A stretch of DNA of 64,000 nucleotides from NCBI RefSeq assembly GCF_009914755.1, contig NC_060947.1; one strand, written 5' to 3'. The notes under the pieces were generated by a model that saw only the letters and a program-made list of their open reading frames with translations, did not search any database and was not told the DNA's origin. Origin of the DNA: the human T2T-CHM13v2.0 reference genome, Homo sapiens. The position numbers and the translations under genes are program-made. Below are positions 61,561 to 64,000 of this stretch, one piece after another. Every line of letters starts with the position of its first letter. The first letter of the stretch is position 1.

Positions 61561-63619
61561 GGGATGGAAGGATCGGTAATGGATGTGAAGTTAAAAAATA
61601 AAGAGAGAGAGGAAGTGTAGCCAGCTCTCCAGAAACATCTGACTGTAAAGGGGGAAAGCTCTGGGGTCAAGGGATTTTTTAAAGATGGGAGACTCTTAAG
61701 CATTCACCCCCTAAGTCACAGTGTTTTTCAACCAGGGATGGTATAATTCCTCTCAGGAGCATCTGAAAATATGTGGGTTTTGCTTGTTATAAAGGCTGGA
61801 GATGGAGTGGGGGGTGGGGCATGGCAGGATTGGCCTAAAGCTATCAGTGCCCCTGTTTTGAAACACTGTAAAAACAAAAAGGAATTTTCCTTAATGGAAT
61901 AGGAATCTTGGAAAGAGCCAAGCCTGGAAGTCAGATGAACAGGTAAAGCTCAGTCCATGCTCAGAAAAGAAAAGAGAATGATATTCCACAGAAACCAGTG
62001 CCAAGATTTGACAGGTCTCTTTTTGTGCCCTGAGAACAACTGAGAATGACCTAGGGCTCCTTGGCTTCCCACTCACCATTGACTTAGAATTTTTGATGTA
62101 GACAGTACCATCTTGGCTCAGTACAAAGAAAGGGTGCAGATCTCTGGCCTGGGGAAAGAGGTATTTACAATTGACCAAAGCCCTAGGGAGTCCCCTGGAT
62201 CTGTAAACCTCCCTGCCCTCTCATGGAGCCAGGGGGAAGGAAATGTTTGAGTTCCTTGTCTTACATTTAGGTGCCCTTTGTTCATCGAAGGGCCAGATAG
62301 GCCAGCCTGCATGGATAGCGTATCCTTACTTTCTGCGGTAGGGAACTATGGCATTAGCCCCAGTTGGGAATTGAGCACAGAGAAGGATGACGGCTGACCG
62401 CAGGGAGATTTATAGCTCTGTGGTTTTTCTCTCCCATGCGGTAGCATGTGTGACAGCAGGAAGTGTGGGGTTCTGCCAGGAGGTACAGCGACCCCTGGGA
62501 CAGGAAGTCTTTTGTATCTCTAGCTTCATTTATGTGTGATACTTTTTAAGCCCACCAGCTTTGACCAAGAGGCCAGGGAAAAAGGAAAAGACACTATTTG
62601 GAGTATTCTCAGCTCCCTCCCTGCTCAGAGAACATGAATCTGAGATGGCAGAGAATCCAAAGAAGCACTGACCTCCAATTATGCCTTAGAATAAAAAGCC
62701 CTTCCAGGACTGAGGCAAGGGGCAGCAAGCAGAAGGAAGGCAGTCACTCCATGTCAGGTTGGGGCAGGTGAACCCTGGTTTGCTCCTGCCTTTACAGACA
62801 GTATAAAGCTTTGAAAAGAGGTCTGGCCATGAGTCAAACAAGGAGACCATCTCAGGAGACAAACAACGTGGTGTGATTAAGTCCATGTTTTTAAGACAGG
62901 AAAAATAACAGCATGTTTGTATGCTCGTGGGGGTGACCCAAGAGGGAGAGAAAAATTGATTCAGTAAATTCCTGTTGCAAAAACGTGGCACTGGATGGGA
63001 GTAGAGCCACTAAACATAAGAGAAGGAGCTCAAGTCTTGCTGTGGGGTTTGAAAGTGGGAAACCTGGGCTTCTGGCATCAACTGAGGCAAACAGGAACAT
63101 AAGGCCTAGTCCAGGGAAGGGGCTCAGGGGATGAGAGAATGCCATTTGTGCCTGCTGAGGAAAGCTTTCATGGGGAGGGAGCATGGGGTGCTCCAAACTT
63201 TCCAAAAGCCACTTTGGTGGGGGAAATGTAAAGAGGAACTTTGTTGCACTTCCCAAAAATGATTCTAAAAGAGGAAGTCAAACTAAGCACAGAAACAAGT
63301 TTCACATTAACCGCTCTTAGTGTTATGGAGACAATAGATTTCTTATCTTTTAATAACAATATTGGAAGAGAAGTAACACCAAGAGTTTATTTGAGTGCCT
63401 ACTCTGCACTGTGCATCCTGCTAGACAATGAAGCTAGAAAAGGGGATTAGAGCTGGTCCCTAAAAGACCTCACTCTCTAGCTGGGATAGGGAGAAGGGTA
63501 GAATTATGATATGGGTAGATTTCAACTCAGCGTAGTGAGCGGTCTAGCAGAAGAATGAACCAGGAGTGGTGGGAGTGCAATGGGAAGAGTGACATGAAGA
63601 AGTTTGGGCTTTATCCATT

Positions 63620-64000
63620 CATTCAACAATTACCTGTTGATAGCCCACTAATATGCTGGACACTGTGCAGATACTGGGGAAGATGAAGTGAGCAAGCCAC
63701 ATGCCCTGCCACTCACAGTCTCATGGGCAACAAGGGAGTGAGCAGATGGATAAACAGACGATTGCAATCAGTGAGATAAGTGCTACGATAAGGCAAAACC
63801 AAGATGCTATGGGAACAAACAAAAGAGACATCTCTCTCAGATCAGTTGTCTGGGGAGGCTTCCAGGAAGAAGTGGTGACTAAGCTAAGGCTAAAGTGGGG
63901 CAGGAGGAAGCAGCGTGCACAAAGGCATTAAGGTGGAAAGGCTCAAAACTTTGCGTAAGTAGTTCAGCAGGGCTGGAAGGCAGGCATGAGGGTGGAAAGG
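63620..64000 (-). mobile_element. L2 3' region
   Basis: cattcattcaacaa terminus followed by typical L2 sequence (ggaggcttccaggaagaagtg). Confidence 0.7.

Overview
Primate, almost certainly human, genomic DNA that I recognise as Xq28. It holds coding exons 2-10 and the ~2.9 kb 3' UTR of the haematopoietic docking-protein gene GAB3 on the minus strand; exon 1 lies beyond the right edge. All exon junctions are GT-AG and splice in frame (1692 nt), giving a PH domain, Grb2-SH3 proline motifs, three YxxM motifs and a C-terminal pair of SHP2-binding tyrosines. To the left is a decayed olfactory receptor pseudogene, probably OR3B1P. Most of the rest is transposon-derived: a full-length L1PA with a TSD, a young L1PA2-type 3' fragment with an open 741-aa ORF2, a twin-primed inverted L1, THE1/MST/MER50 LTR elements, an ERVL fragment, about 17 Alus, old L1M/L2/MIR and a long (GAA)n tract. 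I found no evidence of a wholly novel biological system. The best leads are GAB3 isoform-control signals that could remove its SHP2-binding tyrosines, a PU.1/RUNX motif cluster in intron 1, a possible L1-mediated deletion and the GAA repeat. Repeat subfamily names and boundaries were judged by eye and are approximate.
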